Shown one piece after another: positions 11,373 to 21,801 of a stretch of 64,000 nucleotides of DNA. Source of the DNA: Candidatus Latescibacterota bacterium. Lineage in GTDB: Bacteria > Latescibacterota > UBA2968. The stretch lies in contig OZ240241.1 of NCBI GenBank assembly GCA_965198115.1, forward strand, positions 7,168,001 through 7,232,000, written 5' to 3'. Numbering within the stretch: position 1 is the stretch's first letter; each line of letters opens with the position of its first letter. Position numbers and translations under genes: made by a program. The notes beneath the pieces are model-generated. The model was not told where the DNA came from. It saw only the letters and a program-made list of their open reading frames with translations, and did no database searches.

Positions 11373-12575
11373 TCAGACAGCAAAGATCGCCCGGTTCGAA
11401 ATGCCGCACGCGCAATCGGGCGTCATGAACCCGCCGACGAATTGGGCAGTACGACCGGCAGGGGCGACGCCTTCGTAGAAGGCCGAGAAGGATGTGTTGA
11501 AGTCGACGAGCCACTGACGGCTGGCCTCGTCCACGTCCTTCGCGACGATGTAGGCGTTGTTGAAGATGCCATTCTGGTGGAGGCCCTGGCCGCCGGCCGC
11601 TTTGACGTGGCCGTCGATCTGTCCCAGGATCGTCCCCGCGTCGTCGCCACCGACGCCGCTGATCATCACCTCTCGAACACCGGACTGGTTGAAGGCGACC
11701 CACGTGCTGAAGCCATCGACGATTTCGCCAGACCGCTCGATGTCGAGGTCATTGCCGACGACGACCCGGGGCTGCGGCTCGACGATCCCGTCGAGGTTTG
11801 GGATGCGTGAGACCGGGTAGATGAGTCCCGCGGGCCGGTTGTCGCCGAAGTAGTCAGCGATCACATCGTTCAACGTGTCGACACGTGACCAGGTCTGAGC
11901 CGGGTCGTCGTCAATGGCGACGAGAACTTCGAACCAGATCGTGCCCGTCTTGAAGTCGACGCCCTTTACGGCCATCGGTTTCTCGTACTGTTCGACGAGC
12001 ACGAATTCCATTTCCTTCCGAAGGTCATCGCCGAGGCTGGCAACGGTTTCACCCTCCGCATTCGTGTGCAACACCGAAGCCCCACTGGGCTGGTGGTCCT
12101 GCCATTGCCCGTAGTCGATCACACCGCCGCCGATGGTCACGCCGTCCCCTTTGACGGCCTTGATCTGAACCTCGAACAGGGCGGCGGGATCAGGGAATCC
12201 TTCCTGGTGCGTGAACCTCGCCATTCTGTTGGATCTGAGCCCACATCCGGTAACGGACTCGATCATCGCTCCGTAGACGGCGTTGAAGTCGTTCTTGTAC
12301 TCCTCACAGTCCTCTCGATCGGCCGAGGGTGTCGTCCATAGAACGTCGGTCTTGTAGACGTCCCCCCACGTGACACCACCCTTGAGCAGACCGGGGTTCA
12401 GGTTGTGGATCGTCCCGAACCATTGGGAACCCAGTTCTTCCGGATACTGTGTGCCGACGTTGCCGCTCGGCTCGACGTGACGCACGACGGAATGGTCGTC
12501 GTAGGTGATGACGGTCTCTGTGGTTCCGCTGAAGATCGCGATCGGGTTGTATCGAATGATGTTCACGCTGGCCAT
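11373..12575 (-). CDS. Protein with tandem RidA/YjgF-like domains
   Basis: ATG at 12575 with GAGGAG RBS. Segments GGVTWGDVYKTDV...NAVYG...AALFEVQIKAV and FNTSFSAFYEGVAPAGRTAQ resemble RidA fold signatures. Confidence 0.55.
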   Translation of the reverse strand: MASVNIIRYNPIAIFSGTTETVITYDDHSVVRHVEPSGNVGTQYPEELGSQWFGTIHNLNPGLLKGGVTWGDVYKTDVLWTTPSADREDCEEYKNDFNAVYGAMIESVTGCGLRSNRMARFTHQEGFPDPAALFEVQIKAVKGDGVTIGGGVIDYGQWQDHQPSGASVLHTNAEGETVASLGDDLRKEMEFVLVEQYEKPMAVKGVDFKTGTIWFEVLVAIDDDPAQTWSRVDTLNDVIADYFGDNRPAGLIYPVSRIPNLDGIVEPQPRVVVGNDLDIERSGEIVDGFSTWVAFNQSGVREVMISGVGGDDAGTILGQIDGHVKAAGGQGLHQNGIFNNAYIVAKDVDEASRQWLVDFNTSFSAFYEGVAPAGRTAQFVGGFMTPDCACGISNRAIFAV

Positions 12576-12729
12576 CGTTTGGTGCTCCTCGTCCTGACTC
12601 GGGGCGGAAATCGCCGAACGCCCTGCAATGAATATCGAAGGGTCTTGGGCCTGGATCGCAGCGGTCCAGGGCGTGCCGTGGGGCCTGAAGATGCAGGAGA
12701 AAGGACGAATCTCCAACACCCAAGTTCGG

Positions 12730-13491
12730 TTATTCGCTGAACATTCTGCGCGCCTGCGCGAGGGATTCCGGATTGCCGATGTCGAGAATCGTTCCTTCGA
12801 TCTTGTGCGCGTAGACGGGTATGTGATCGAAGAGCCACTCGACGAACTGCCCCGGCGCGTCTCCCGAGCCCTGTTCCAGATAGTCATCGATCAGAGAAAC
12901 CGAGGATCGGGGGTAGATGTAAAAGGGGGGAACCGCCCAGTTCGATTTAGGTTCGGTCGGTTTTTCGACGAATTCTACGACGCGGTCGTCTGCGTCGAGA
13001 ACCGCGTTGCCCCGCTTCTTGAGGTCTTCGCGATCTTCTTCGTGACGGACGCAGATGTGGAACTCTCCGTTGCGCTTCCAGGTTTTGACGAGATCGTTCA
13101 ACTTCCACTGGAGGATGTTGTCAGCCGCACAGACGAGGAGGTCGTCGTCGGCGTCAGCGCGTGCGATGACGAAACGCAGATCGCCGATCGCCCCGAGACG
13201 ATCGTCGTTCGAGGTTGTGCCGTCGTCGTGGATCGTAATTCGCAGTCCCCGGTGGGCACGATCCTCGGCCTTCGCCGTACTGCCCCGTTCGGAGAGCCAG
13301 GTCTGAAAGTGACCGGCGAACCGACTGTTCGTGACGAGGTGGACGCGATCGATGTCGCCAATGTCCCTGATCTGGTCGACGAGGTGATCGAGAATGGTCT
13401 GGCCGCCGACTTCGAGCAGCGGCTTTGGGAAGTTCTTCGTGAGCGGGTAGAGCCGTGTGGCGTAGCCCGCGGCGAGGATGATGGCGTTCAT
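12730..13491 (-). CDS. Sugar-phosphate nucleotidyltransferase family protein
   Basis: N-terminal MNAIILAAGYATRLYPLT...PKPLL, FVEKP and DIGN motifs. Confidence 0.9.
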   Translation of the reverse strand: MNAIILAAGYATRLYPLTKNFPKPLLEVGGQTILDHLVDQIRDIGDIDRVHLVTNSRFAGHFQTWLSERGSTAKAEDRAHRGLRITIHDDGTTSNDDRLGAIGDLRFVIARADADDDLLVCAADNILQWKLNDLVKTWKRNGEFHICVRHEEDREDLKKRGNAVLDADDRVVEFVEKPTEPKSNWAVPPFYIYPRSSVSLIDDYLEQGSGDAPGQFVEWLFDHIPVYAHKIEGTILDIGNPESLAQARRMFSE

Positions 13492-13711
13492 AAAATTTGA
13501 ACCACCAAGACACCAAGACAACAAGAAGACCGGGCAACACGAAGACGCGAAGACGCGAAGAAAGTAGAATGGGGCATAGGTGTATGTGTTGTGCTGCCTG
13601 GGTTCCGTCTGGCTCCTGAAGTTAAGGTCGTGCCCCATTCGTGTTTATTCGTGTTCATTTGCCTGCCCTGAGTAGCGGCTCCGGCCGCGTATCGAAGCGT
13701 GGTTCCCGGGT

Positions 13712-14890
13712 TTACAGAATCGCCGCGCCGTCGGCGGGGCGTGCGATGAGGACACCGTCGTTGTCGGCGCGTTCGGGATGTTTTTTGCGATACTGAGTTG
13801 CGACGCTTTCCGCAGCGATTTCGGCCTTTGCCGGGTCACACAAGGCGATGCTGCAGCCGCGAAACCCTGCCCCGCTGAACCGGGCGCCGTAAACGCCATC
13901 GGTTTCCACGAGGATGTGATAGAGATCGACGAGTGGTTCGGATCCGCACTCGTAGTTCTCGATAGAGCTACGTCCGGACGTGGATACGAGGTCGCCGAAC
14001 GTCACGAGGTCGCCTTCGTGCCAGGCTTCGATTCCCGCTCTGACGCGTGCGCACTCCGAGAAGAAATGCTCCGCTCGCTTTGCAGGATCCCCCTCAAGGA
14101 CGCCTCGATGCTCGGCATACTCCTGCGGTGTTACCTCTCCGAGAAGCGCCCGGGCTTCTCTTCCGGCGGCACGTAACAGATTCGTCGCAGCCGCCGCGCA
14201 TTCATCCACGCGCTGGTTGTAGCCCGTGCTGACAAGAGCCTGCTTGACACCGGAGAAGGCGACGAGGATCGCGTAGTCGGGCATCGAATCTGCCTGCGGG
14301 ATGAGTTCGTGGCTGACCGTGGCGCAGTCGATGACGGTGAGGTGCCTGTCTTTGGACAGGAGTATGGCGGATTGATCTAGGATTCCGTTCCGTAGGCCGA
14401 GATATTCGTTTTCGATCAGTCGGTCGAGTTCGATATTGTCTTCCACGGAGACGTCGAGGTCGTTGGCGGCTTCGAGCGCGAGCAGGTAGGCGCATCCGAC
14501 GGCGGCGGACGAGCTGAGCCCCCCTTCGGAGATCTGACCCGTCGTCACGCCGACGATGCCACGCCTGACGGTGTGGGCCGACTTGATCGCTTCGACCGCA
14601 CCGCGGGGGTAGTTGCCCCAGTCGTCGTCGCGTTTGGGCGGGACGGCCTCGACATCGAAATCGATTTCGCCCTCGAACGTGAGGCTGCGCAGCCGGACAC
14701 GACCGTCGTTCGAAGGGGCGAACGCCAGGTAGACGGCACGATCGATCGTCATTGCGGTCACGGGCCCCAGCTGGTGGTCGATGTGTGCGCCCATTGGGCA
14801 GATTCGGTAAGGTGATCGCACGACGCGGATGTCTCGACGGTCACATCCGTAGCGACGCACGGTTTCGTCGATGAGGGGGTCGATGTCCAT
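13712..14890 (-). CDS. GHMP sugar kinase, galactokinase/galacturonokinase-like
   Basis: Motifs SPYRICPMGAHIDHQ, GGLSSSAA, NGILDQ and GARFSGAGFRGC. ORF extends to 14929; start MDIDP at 14890 is more likely. Confidence 0.88.
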   Translation of the reverse strand: MDIDPLIDETVRRYGCDRRDIRVVRSPYRICPMGAHIDHQLGPVTAMTIDRAVYLAFAPSNDGRVRLRSLTFEGEIDFDVEAVPPKRDDDWGNYPRGAVEAIKSAHTVRRGIVGVTTGQISEGGLSSSAAVGCAYLLALEAANDLDVSVEDNIELDRLIENEYLGLRNGILDQSAILLSKDRHLTVIDCATVSHELIPQADSMPDYAILVAFSGVKQALVSTGYNQRVDECAAAATNLLRAAGREARALLGEVTPQEYAEHRGVLEGDPAKRAEHFFSECARVRAGIEAWHEGDLVTFGDLVSTSGRSSIENYECGSEPLVDLYHILVETDGVYGARFSGAGFRGCSIALCDPAKAEIAAESVATQYRKKHPERADNDGVLIARPADGAAIL

Positions 14891-14985
14891 TTCGGTCCAG
14901 AGCATAGGACAGGGGTCGGTGTGGCGCAAGCGGCGGATTTAGAGCTGACGCGCCCTTCCATAACGGTCGACGTTGCGCAGCGACG

Positions 14986-15651
14986 ATGATAGGCAGACTG
15001 TTCTTTCGCCTGGCAAGATGGGTGTCAACGAGTCGATTGCTCGGACGGCTCATCGGGCTTGCGTTTGAGCGCGCGAGCTGATTGCTCCCGATCACGCGTG
15101 TGTGTGAGAATGATCGTGCGATCGGGTTCGCCCATCCCAGCCCGACCTATCGAGATCACACTCTGTTGGTTCCCAGGAAAGCGATCCCGGACTTCCCAGC
15201 CCTGTTGACGTCGGATCACTTTTCCTATTTGGCCGAAATACTTGAGATGGCGCGGCAGGTTATCGATGACGGAGGGTGGACGGACTATTCCCTCGGCGTG
15301 AACGGTGGGCGGTATCAGGACGTGGCTCAGGTACATTTCCACCTTTACCGGGAGGTTCATCACTGGCGAGCCCTGACGGGTGAGGTGCCTTCCGAATCGC
15401 TGATAGAGGGTGATGGAATCCGTGTGTTTCACCATCCCCAACCCGCGCGAGAGATTCACGCGATTCTGCAACTCCCCTCGGGCGTGGATGGCGTCGCCAA
15501 GGCTTGCGCCACGCTTGACACCTTCCACACCGTTCTTGATGTCTACGGGCTCGCTCAGGGAGGCTATTCTGTGTTTGTCGAATTCCGTGCGTCACGAGAG
15601 CTGTTGTTGCACGTCGTGGCCGGTGAGGCTACTGAGAGTCATCGGGTCTGA
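14986..15651 (+). CDS. HIT-family protein (in-frame TGA at 15079-15081)
   Basis: Motifs FAHPSPTYRDHTLLVPRK and NGGRYQDVAQVHFHL. The upstream in-frame segment from ATG 14986 is separated by one TGA. Confidence 0.75.
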
Positions 15652-15726
15652 ACGAATGATGTCTCGTCGAAATCCTGGAAGGCAGATTCACAACCCTGCC
15701 CGTCGAATCAGAGGAGTCATGCGAGT

Positions 15727-16561
15727 GTGAACATCGTAGACCTCAGACACCAGCTCCGTTCTCCCTGGCCCGTGCTGGATTGTCACGTTCACCCCTTTGC
15801 TTGCTTCGGCTTTCGCGAACCGCGGTCGCCTGAGGAGGACGCAGCGCTTCTGGTCGCGTCGGGAGAGCGAGCGCGTGTGACGAAGATGGTGTTGTTCTCT
15901 CTGCACGAAAGCGTGCTTCGCGAACCGACGATGGCGGAATGCCGAGAAGCGAACGACTACGCCTTGGCGATGAAGGCGGCGGCGCCTGACACGTTCGTGC
16001 CACTCTGTTACGTGAATCCGATGTATCCTCACGAGTCGGTCGAGGAGATTGAACGTTGCGTGGGTATCGATCGGATGTGTGGGGTCAAGCTTTGGGTAGC
16101 ACGTCGTGCGACCGATCCGGGTTTGGACCCGATCCTTGAAAAAGCGGTGTCTCTGGATGTACCCGTCTTACAGCACGCCTGGATCAAGACCACAGGGAAT
16201 CTCGTCGGCGAGTCCTTTCCGGCTGACGTGGCTGCGCTGGCAAGACGCCACCCCGAGGCCAAGATCATCATGGCGCACCTCTATGGGTGCGGGCTTCGTG
16301 GCATTGAGGACTGCCCCAACATCTCGATCGACACGTCGGGAGGCGACCCCGAAAACGAGGTTATCGAGCAGGCGGTCGCTCGGATCGGTCACGATCGGGG
16401 TCGTCTACGGTTCGGATGCGCCGATTCGTCACTTTGGTGTGAGTGTGGGAAAAATTCTGGGTGCCGCCCTGACCGACGATCAGAAACGGGACATTCTGTG
16501 GAACAACACCGCTCGCCTCTTTCCGCCGTGGGCCGGTCTGACGACGATGGGCGATGCGTGA
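15727..16561 (+). CDS. Amidohydrolase family protein (frameshift near 16398)
   Basis: DCHVH metal motif, PVLQH and IIMAH. The C-terminal VVYGSDAP lies in the next frame. Confidence 0.8.
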
Positions 16562-17308
16562 TGGTGACGGATCTCGCCGCCTTCTCCGGCGTGGCCGGCG
16601 CATCCTGTGCAGGGCCGACTCCAGGATGTGGTCGATTCGTTGACGCAGACAGGTGTCGAACGCATCGCCCTGTCGCCTCTCGACGCGGTCTGGTGTCGGA
16701 ATCCGCACGTTTACAACGCCGCCCTGATCGAGACGTGTTCGGTCGATGAGCACCTTTTACCTGTTCCCGTGATCGACCCGGGTGTTGCCAACTGGCGAAG
16801 TGAAGTGGCCACGGCCGTGGAGGCCGGCACCCGGTTGATTCGTCTCTTACCCAATTATCACGCGTATGGATTGACGGATGCGCACGATCTGCTCCGGGTG
16901 GCAGCGGAGGCCGAGGTGGGCGTCATCGTGCAGACGCGGATGGAAGACCCCCGTTGCCAGCATCCGCTCGCGATGGTCGAAGATGTCGTTCCCGCAGACA
17001 TTGTGGATGCCGCTACCCGCCATCCATCGCTCAGGTTGCTGATCGGAGGCGCGCGCGCCGGTGATCTTCGAGCTCTGAAGGATGCGATTCTCGCTGTCCG
17101 GAATCTCTATGCGGATGTGAGTCAGGTCGATGGGGCGGATGCGCTGAAGGTTCTCGTCGAGGAAGGGCTGGGCGAGCGGCTTGTTTTTGGCTCGCACGTG
17201 CCTTTGTTCAATGCGCACGCAGCGATGATGTGTGTGCTCACGGACCTGGCGGATGATGTTGTTGAGAAGATCCTGGCCGATAATGCTGCGCGGCTCTTGG
17301 GCGGGTGA
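16561..17308 (+). CDS. Amidohydrolase-like protein (frameshift near 16590)
   Basis: Motifs IRLLPNYHAY, RMEDPR and RLVFGSHVP; typical second subunit of paired amidohydrolases. Confidence 0.75.
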
Positions 17309-17498
17309 ATGCCGCGCACTGACCATTGACCCTTGACCAGTGACCAGAGCTGTGGCGTTACCTTTCGTGACGGCGCCAGGCTTTGCCTGTGGGATACACA
17401 GAACAGTTGAACGAAGTGTTCACTCGAGGACAGTTGGTGTAATCCCTGACCAACTTTGGTCACTTGTCAATGGTCCCTGACGTCACATCGGAGAGCCA

Positions 17499-18536
17499 AT
17501 GAGCTACGCGATCAAAGTAGGCAAAGGTCTCGGCGATATATCTGAGCCAACACTCACGTTCTTTCGACAAGTGGGTGTCGAGGCTCTCTCGATTCCGACA
17601 CGCTGGAACGAGCGGAAGGACGGCGTGGTGACGACGCGGCCGCTCGTGCCGCCGACACAGACGGGACCGGCTGGGACGATGGGGAAGCCGTGGGATAAGA
17701 CGGAGGTTTCGCGCGTGATCGAACGGGTGACGGACTACGGCTTCGAGATCGAAGGGGCCCGCCTGGGTCTGTCGGGCAACATCGTGATGGGAGAGAATGG
17801 TCGTGAGGCCGATGTCGATGTTGCCCGACGAAACATCGAGCTGGCAGGAGAGCTGGGGCTGAAAGTGCTCAACTACAATTTCACGGCGCTTCGCGCGTCG
17901 GAAGGCTACGGCTCTTTGCCCGGCGAGGGTCGCGGGGGAGCGGCGCTACGTGACTTCGACTACGACCGAATCAAGGATCTTCCTCCCCTCGAGACCGTGG
18001 GAACGCATTCGATGACAGCTATGCGGGAGCGCTACCACTGGTTCCTCGAGCAGGTGTTGCCGACAGCGGAATCGGCGGGCGTCAAATTTGCGGCGCACCC
18101 GAACGATCCTCCTGTGTCGGTCTACCGAGGCGTCGCCCAACCAACCGGTGACTTCGATGGCTACAAGAAGCTGATCGATCTTGTCGATAGCCCGTCGAAC
18201 TGCGTATTCTTCGACACGGGCGTGACGACGGAGATGGGCTACGACGCGGCCGAAGCCATTCGGTATTTCGGATCACGTGGACGGATCGGAACCGTTCACT
18301 TCCGGAACGTTCGCGTGATCGAGGATAGGTTTAAGTACATCGAAGTGTTCCACGACGATGGGGATGCGGACCTCGCCGAGTGCATGCGTGCGTTTCACGA
18401 AGTCGGTTACGAGGGCCTGATCGATCCGGATCACACGCCCTACCTCGTGGGGGACGACGAGGGGACACGCATCGGGTGGGCATTCGCCATCGGACAGATC
18501 GTGGGGCTGCGGAATGCTGTGGTGGGAGGTGCGTAA
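17499..18536 (+). CDS. uxuA: Mannonate dehydratase family protein
   Basis: Motifs LNYNF, LPTAESAGVKFAAHPNDPP, VHFRNV and DPDHTP...AFAIG. Confidence 0.8.
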   Translation: MSYAIKVGKGLGDISEPTLTFFRQVGVEALSIPTRWNERKDGVVTTRPLVPPTQTGPAGTMGKPWDKTEVSRVIERVTDYGFEIEGARLGLSGNIVMGENGREADVDVARRNIELAGELGLKVLNYNFTALRASEGYGSLPGEGRGGAALRDFDYDRIKDLPPLETVGTHSMTAMRERYHWFLEQVLPTAESAGVKFAAHPNDPPVSVYRGVAQPTGDFDGYKKLIDLVDSPSNCVFFDTGVTTEMGYDAAEAIRYFGSRGRIGTVHFRNVRVIEDRFKYIEVFHDDGDADLAECMRAFHEVGYEGLIDPDHTPYLVGDDEGTRIGWAFAIGQIVGLRNAVVGGA

Positions 18537-18582
18537 GGGCGGACCTACGTTCCGCCCAATTTGCATCGAGGCTATGGCAGCT

Positions 18583-19083
18583 TCAGGTGCCCGACTCTAT
18601 TGCACTGTCCTGCAAATGTCGAACGTAGGCACGCGCCAACCCCCCAATCCCGATAACCGCACAGGCCAGCACCGCTACGCGATAGGGGGCGACGTGGGCA
18701 TAGCGGAAGACGGCGCCAATGGCGCCCATCGTGACGATGAAGTAGACCGCCCAGAGCAGGCGGTTGCGGATTCGTTCGGGGACGACTGTGGAGACGACGA
18801 GTCCAGTCAGGGAGCTGTGGAAAAGAAGAAAACCCGCGTAGCCGTTGCGGGTGGCCGAGGCTATCTGCCAGCCGTAGTGGAAGTGCCAAACCAGTAGAAC
18901 GTGGGTGGCGATGACCAGCACGATCAGTCGCCACCAGATGGGCAATGTCCGACCTGACGCCGTAAGGAGCGCGATGGCGGTCAAACCGATGTAGCCCAAA
19001 ATGGCGAGGGGAAAGGTGAGAGAAGCTATTGTCACGGTCGGATATCCGATGAGGCAAGAAATTTCACTAGGGAGTCCCGGCAA
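18583..19083 (-). CDS. Small multi-pass membrane protein, unknown function
   Basis: About five hydrophobic helices; start uncertain. Confidence 0.6.
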   Translation of the reverse strand: MPGLPSEISCLIGYPTVTIASLTFPLAILGYIGLTAIALLTASGRTLPIWWRLIVLVIATHVLLVWHFHYGWQIASATRNGYAGFLLFHSSLTGLVVSTVVPERIRNRLLWAVYFIVTMGAIGAVFRYAHVAPYRVAVLACAVIGIGGLARAYVRHLQDSAIESGT

Positions 19084-19118
19084 ACGGAGAACGGCCCAAG
19101 GACAACGCCGTCATCTAA

Positions 19119-21185
19119 TTAGGCTGTAACCAACTCTACGAGTTCGCCCCCGTCCACCTTTGGCTTTCCCTTGATGCCGGTCGCTTCGATCGTGACTAGG
19201 CCGTCGTCCCAGACGATCGTTCCTGTCGCCATTCCCTTCAGGGTGACGGTGCCCTGAGGCGTGTCGAACGTGAGTGGCTTGGATGTTCTGCCGTGATAGC
19301 CGGCCGCCCAGAGTTTTTTCTTTTTGCACCCGTAGACCCACGCCGCCTGTTTGCCGCACTTCAGCTCGCCGCCCATCACCGCCACCTTGCCTTTCCTCAA
19401 CTGCTTCGCCACGGTCGACTGGAGCATCGGCCAGGATTCGTCGCCCACCTGCGTCCATCTTCGCCTCAGTTGCCAGGTCATCAGGTCGACTTCCAAACCG
19501 AACGATAAGTTGTCTCTCGCATATCCGACCTGCCAGATGCGTCGGTCGCCCTCGTGATACGTAGACGGGGGATCGCATTCGTCCAGCAAGAGCCCTTCCG
19601 AGACGCGCTCGCCGAATTCCAGCGCTCCGCTGTACTCTTCCCGCTCGCCGAGCTCGAGGTAAAACCCACACTGCGGCAACCCCTGGAAAAAGGATCCCGG
19701 ACAAGCCTGTTCCCAGAACGTCTTTTCAGGACCGTCATAATTGTAGAGTTCGAACAACAGGTTGCCGTGGCGTTCGACGAGACGGACGGGGGCGTCGATT
19801 CCAAGATCCGTGAGCGTCAGAAGTCGGATGCCGAAGTGTACGCCGCCACTCGTGACGATGACCGTCGCGTCACGGGGAACATCGTAGGGGAGATTCGAGA
19901 CTCGCTTTCCGTCGACGTGGATTTCGTCGATCAGGTCTTCGCGATCCCAGATCAGAGCCGCTTTGGCGCTCGAGCATCGTCGCCAGCCGTCGACGCCCGA
20001 GCCTTCTGCGTCGGGTGATCGAGGCGCATACAGGCCGATTGCGCGTGGTCCGTCCTGGACGCCGATGAAACGGCCCTCTTCGGCGAGCAGGCTGGCCGAG
20101 CGAGACGACGTCTGTCGGTAATCGCCGACCCAGTGGTCGTTCGTCAGGTAGCGTGTGGTGAAGAGCCCCGTAGGGGCGTCATCCCGCGTGTAGTGGGCGA
20201 TGCAGACGTTCGACTGGAGTGCGATGAAGCGATTGGCCTGTGTCGTCAGCTCCTGGGATGCGATACCGAAGTCGTAAACCGGTGTGTGATAGGTGGCGAT
20301 GGCGACCCCGTTCTTGGCGTCCGCGGTTTCCAGAACTCGCAGATGACTCGGCCGAACCCGCAGGATGATCTCCAGCCATTTCGGGAGCGTCCCATCTTCG
20401 AACCATTCGTGTGCCGTGTCGATTTCCTGTAGATCGGTGTTGAAAACGGTGTCGAGATAGGCTCTGCTGTAGGGTCCCGCGAGGCGTCCGGTTTTCGGAT
20501 TGAGATGGAGGACGTAGCTCAGGCCGAGTCGCGTGGCTGCGGTCCGCGCCCGAATTGCTGATTCACGATCCTTGGCAAGTCGGTAGAGCTGATGTAACAC
20601 GCGAATGGCAACGGCCGTGTAGCCTGGGCTGTTGTATTCGGATGGGATTCCGGATTCATCGGTCTGGGTGAGCCACCGGATCAGCTTGTTACGACCTCTT
20701 TTGAGAATTCTGCCGTCTTTGAGGAGCTCGCCGCCGAGTATGGAGTTCGCGATGTCTTTGAGGACGATGTTCGTGTAGGCGGGATGAACGTCGATGCGTT
20801 CGATCTCTTCGAGACCGAGTCTGATGCTGTCGCGCACGCGCGCGGCCAGGCTCTTGGAGAGCCGGTCTTCCCATTGGATCAGGATCGGAATGAGGTCGAG
20901 GAGGATGAATTGAACGGCGTTGAGATCCTCGACCGTCTCATCTTCCGGCTCCCAGAGGAAGTTTCCCCGATGGGGATGACCACTCCGCCGCTCCTGGCAG
21001 TCGAGAACGGCTCCGATCGTGCGTTCTGCCTGATCGAGGTCCCCTTGCGTGCCGTTTTTAACAAGGTCGCAGGCGAGCCGCATCGCGGGTATGGTTGCGT
21101 GGTAGACGGTTTCGTCGACTTCCCGCGCGAGCATGTGCGTTTCCGAATTCAATTCATCAGGAGGCGTCAAGGGGTGGTTAGGCAA
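19119..21185 (-). CDS. Hypothetical protein, helical N-terminus plus beta-rich C-terminus (possible polysaccharide lyase/heparinase-like fold)
   Basis: 688-aa intact ORF with motifs YTNI, EYNSPGY and AGPYSRAY, in a sugar-acid catabolism context. The fold is an inference. Confidence 0.6.
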   Translation of the reverse strand: MPNHPLTPPDELNSETHMLAREVDETVYHATIPAMRLACDLVKNGTQGDLDQAERTIGAVLDCQERRSGHPHRGNFLWEPEDETVEDLNAVQFILLDLIPILIQWEDRLSKSLAARVRDSIRLGLEEIERIDVHPAYTNIVLKDIANSILGGELLKDGRILKRGRNKLIRWLTQTDESGIPSEYNSPGYTAVAIRVLHQLYRLAKDRESAIRARTAATRLGLSYVLHLNPKTGRLAGPYSRAYLDTVFNTDLQEIDTAHEWFEDGTLPKWLEIILRVRPSHLRVLETADAKNGVAIATYHTPVYDFGIASQELTTQANRFIALQSNVCIAHYTRDDAPTGLFTTRYLTNDHWVGDYRQTSSRSASLLAEEGRFIGVQDGPRAIGLYAPRSPDAEGSGVDGWRRCSSAKAALIWDREDLIDEIHVDGKRVSNLPYDVPRDATVIVTSGGVHFGIRLLTLTDLGIDAPVRLVERHGNLLFELYNYDGPEKTFWEQACPGSFFQGLPQCGFYLELGEREEYSGALEFGERVSEGLLLDECDPPSTYHEGDRRIWQVGYARDNLSFGLEVDLMTWQLRRRWTQVGDESWPMLQSTVAKQLRKGKVAVMGGELKCGKQAAWVYGCKKKKLWAAGYHGRTSKPLTFDTPQGTVTLKGMATGTIVWDDGLVTIEATGIKGKPKVDGGELVELVTA

Positions 21186-21218
21186 GTTGAAAACTCCGAA
21201 TGCAAGAGTTGAATCGGA

Positions 21219-21554
21219 CTATCCAAACGCTTGTTCGAATCGTTCGTTCCAGAAGTCGCTGCCGTTCATCACCATACTCTGTTGGCTGACGACCATTCCC
21301 TTCACCCGTGGGAGATACTCGTTGACCCAGCGAGGATCGGTTCGAAAAGCGGGTCTGGCCGCCTCGAAGTGCGCGTAGTCACGGTAGGCCCAGATGTGAA
21401 CGACCCGGTGGAGTTTGCCGACGTCCGGCGTGTACCAGCCGGCGAGTCTGATACCCTGGTCTTCGCGAACGGGCAGCGCAACTTCACGCACAGCTTGCAT
21501 GTAGGCGGGAACGGATCCCGGTGTCAGGTCGTAGATTCGCATGTCGTAAATCAT
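21219..21554 (-). CDS. NIPSNAP family protein
   Basis: Motif MIYDMRIYDLTPG...GWYTPDVGKLHRVVHIWAY. Confidence 0.88.
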   Translation of the reverse strand: MIYDMRIYDLTPGSVPAYMQAVREVALPVREDQGIRLAGWYTPDVGKLHRVVHIWAYRDYAHFEAARPAFRTDPRWVNEYLPRVKGMVVSQQSMVMNGSDFWNERFEQAFG

Positions 21555-21635
21555 CTGATGCCTCGCAGTGACGCGGTGACGAATCTGGAGATTGCGGTCC
21601 CGTGTATTGACAACGCGGGTTGAAAATAAGACATT

Positions 21636-21725
21636 GGCCGGCCGCGGGAAAGGATACTGCGCCACTGAGATCACTGAGGAAGCTGAGGAGAATCCTGGGA
21701 ACCACCGTGATGCGCGGACGGTGGG
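21636..21725 (+). ncRNA. Candidate structured RNA, unassigned family
   Basis: Nested stems GCCG-G-CCGCG / CGCGG-A-CGGT and AGGAT-A-CT / AG-A-ATCCT, downstream of TTGACA at 21607 in an intergenic gap. Confidence 0.3.
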
Positions 21726-21748
21726 AGTTTAAGACTCGAGGTGCTGGG

Positions 21749-21801
21749 TCTAGCCCCGGTAGGGACGTCACGACAATAGCCGGGGGCGTCAGCCCCCGGT
21801 A
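21749..21801. repeat. REP-like palindromic element
   Basis: AGCCCCGGTAGGGACG...ATAGCCGGGGGCGTCAGCCCCCGGT hairpin, typical of REP sequences. Confidence 0.5.

Noticed and set aside
21640-21720. Cobalamin riboswitch or SRP RNA
   Set aside because: Only short motif resemblance. The B12 box and the SRP GNRA-capped helix 8 pairing are not present.
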